From assembly GCA_964276515.1 (NCBI GenBank), contig OZ193909.1, forward strand, positions 2,046,001 to 2,110,000: a stretch of DNA of 64,000 nt. Direction: 5' to 3'. This document shows, one piece after another, positions 62,501 through 64,000 of this stretch. Every line of letters starts with the position of its first letter. The stretch's first letter is position 1. The DNA is from Gordius albopunctatus. Lineage: Eukaryota. Below the pieces are notes generated by a model. It made no database searches. It was given only the letters and a program-made list of their open reading frames with translations, and had not been told where the DNA came from. Both the position numbers and the translations under genes were made by a program.

Positions 62501-63898
62501 CAAGCACCTCGTCATCTTATAGCTCGAGATCATCTAATTCTCGTTCCAGGAGCAGATCTTGCAGTTCTAATTTCTCTTCCTGCAGTTGTGGAAGCAGTCG
62601 CGCTAGTCGTTCTTCATACTCATCAACCTCGTCTTACACAACCCGTTCTTATAGTAGTAGAAGCAGATCTTACAAAAAGAGACACTATTCTAGTAGTCGT
62701 TCTAGGAGCAAAAGCTATAGTAGTAGAAGCCGGTCTGGTTCGAGATCTCCTTCATACGCTGCTGTAGGACGTAGAATTACTAGGTAGAGTTAGTGGCTTA
62801 TAGTTAAATCGCGATATTTTTGAGACTGATTATTAAATATTTGTTGTTGTTTGTGATGGATAACGAATGAATTAACATCGCTAAAGTAAGATTTCAATAT
62901 CCTTAAAAACGCGTATGTATATAAGGAAGGCGTCGACTGCGAAATAATTTTATAAAAATTCAGTGAGATTCTTCAATTCTTTGCCCAATTTGAAAACTTA
63001 TTTAAATTTATCGAAATTTAATCAAGTTTCAGTAATATTATAAGATAAATTAAACGTGAAGTTCAACCTAAAATGAGACTCTATTGTGAATATTTTTAAC
63101 CATAGAGTTTGTATAAGCAAGTATATTGCTTTACATCCCAAAAGTGTTATTATTATGTATACATTTATTCGTATCTTTATGTGTAATTTTAGGGCTCGAA
63201 GTCGTAGTTCTTGATGAAGCTGTTCAATGTTGTGCATGCAATTATCGTGCTAGTAAAACTTGACACATTTAACATGTCATCCGTACAATTAATTATCGTT
63301 CGTTCGTTTTCCGTTTCGATTTTTTACATTTTTTATCATATAAATTACGTATTATGCTCAAACCCTGTGATTTGTTACGTTGCATGATCATGTCTTTGTA
63401 TACAATCGGTTACTTTTACCCGGGAAATTTTTATCAATCACACAATTATATATAAAATATATACGCGATCGAAATATTCTAAATGTCGGTGTTATATTTA
63501 TTCAGACGCATATAAATATTTTTTAAGAATTGATTTTGCCCTTGTGTCGTAGATATGCTTTGGGATTTTTTAAATCGCTATAGCCTAAGACTGCACCTCT
63601 TCACTTTACAGTTTTTGACTAAATATCCTTTTCCCCTTTAAATTATGCCAAGCTGTAAGAAATTAATTAAAACCCCCAAAAGTTTCTCATGGACATTAAA
63701 TTTTTGAATTTAATATATCTTAGTTTATAACATATGGCATCTTTCAATAATAAAAGTTTGCTAGAGCTCTTAAATGTGTTTCGTAGCCGTTGTGTAAAAT
63801 GCATCTTTTCGAGTCATACATATATAAACAAATTTTTATACAGCTCAAGAAAACCGCCCATCTTATTGAAGAGACGTCATAACCAAAACAGATATTAA
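47593..63898 (+). CDS. SRRM2/3/4-family (Srrm234-like) serine/arginine repetitive matrix splicing factor, ~1430 aa, with alternative last exons
   Basis: Exons 47593-47609, 52680-52808, 52951-53112, 53229-53303, 53774-53914, 55414-55458, 55553-55567, 55660-55830, 56400-58315, 58850-59630, 60257-60429, 61158-61275, 61828-61980, 62433-62783, then 63193-63214 or 63844-63898; frames are consistent (4269 or 4302 nt). N-terminal IEEKVKLFRSLLLE resembles the second helix of cwf21; K/R-rich and RS-rich tracts; C-terminal RSPSYAAVGRRITS-SRKPPI resembles the SRRM_C/eMIC motif. Some internal boundaries (53112, start ATG) are inferred. Confidence 0.8.
48144..50841. mobile_element. TAGTGTTGTAAAA-family hAT MITE hosting a truncated CATGGG MITE (48282) and a satellite
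   Basis: TIRs TAGTGTTGTAAAAACGGCT / AGCCGTTTTTACAACACTA; flanks GTTCATAC / GTTCACAC. Confidence 0.85.
48337..50812. repeat. Minisatellite, ~32 copies of a 75-80 bp unit with a poly-G tract
   Basis: Unit TTCATTTAGA(G)8-13CAAAAGATAAATTTTTTAATTTTTTTGCATTGAAAAATTTTTTCCTCTTAAATTAAG; almost invariant apart from G-run length. Confidence 0.98.
51177..51434. mobile_element. Small TIR element (GGC...GCC ends)
   Basis: GGCACTTCTGTGCAAAATGTAATAT ... ATATTACATTTTGCACCAGATTCGCC, flanked by TAGA on both sides. Confidence 0.55.
52029..52230. mobile_element. TAGAGTTGTTAA-family hAT-type MITE
   Basis: Long TIRs TAGAGTTGTTATATTGCTAACTTTCTTCAA / TTGAAGAAAGTTAGCAATTTAACAACTCTA; flanks GAAGGACA / GAAGGACT. Confidence 0.85.
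60920..61084. mobile_element. CATGGGCGTAGCC-family hAT-type MITE
   Basis: CATGGGCATAGCC / GGCTATGCCCATG; flanks AAGGACAG / AAGGACGG. Confidence 0.8.
63193..63214 (+). CDS. Proximal alternative last exon of the SRRM gene (ends ...RRITRARSRSS*)
   Basis: TTTTAG acceptor, phase-2 compatible with donor 62783; RS-type ending; AATAAA at ~63749. Confidence 0.6.
63844..63898 (+). CDS. Distal alternative last exon of the SRRM gene, eMIC-like (ends ...RRITSSRKPPILLKRRHNQNRY*)
   Basis: TTTTTATACAG acceptor, phase-2 compatible; restores RRITS-x-RK-x-PI; AATAAA at 63922 and 63943. Confidence 0.65.
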
Positions 63899-64000
63899 CG
63901 CTACTTGAAATTCGTCTTATAAATAAAAATACTAAACTATTAAATAAAAAAATTTTCGGCCATCGTTGTTTTGAAGGAGTTAATAGTAGTGTGCCTTTGG

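Overview
AT-rich eukaryotic (bilaterian invertebrate-like) genomic DNA with four spliced protein-coding genes that I could assemble exon by exon with consistent reading frames: THOC5 (+, 352-6634), RBM8A/Y14 (-, 8535-6827), a cGMP-dependent protein kinase (PKG/foraging/egl-4-like; +, 16949-40820) and a large SR-rich SRRM2/3/4-family splicing factor (+, 47593-63898). Introns and intergenic DNA carry RTE and RLE-type (CRE-like) non-LTR retrotransposons, several hAT-type MITE families with 8-bp TSDs (often nested), a 32-copy G-tract satellite and a 4x139-bp tandem repeat. The most notable signals are: (1) the SRRM gene retains only half of the cwf21 domain and ends in two alternative last exons, one completing a divergent eMIC (neural microexon enhancer)-like motif; (2) a candidate internal first exon in PKG intron 9 that would give a kinase-only, cGMP-independent isoform; (3) a head-to-head inverted pair of CRE-like retrotransposon ends in the last PKG intron. 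Gene identities rest on motif recognition only; no database searches were run.
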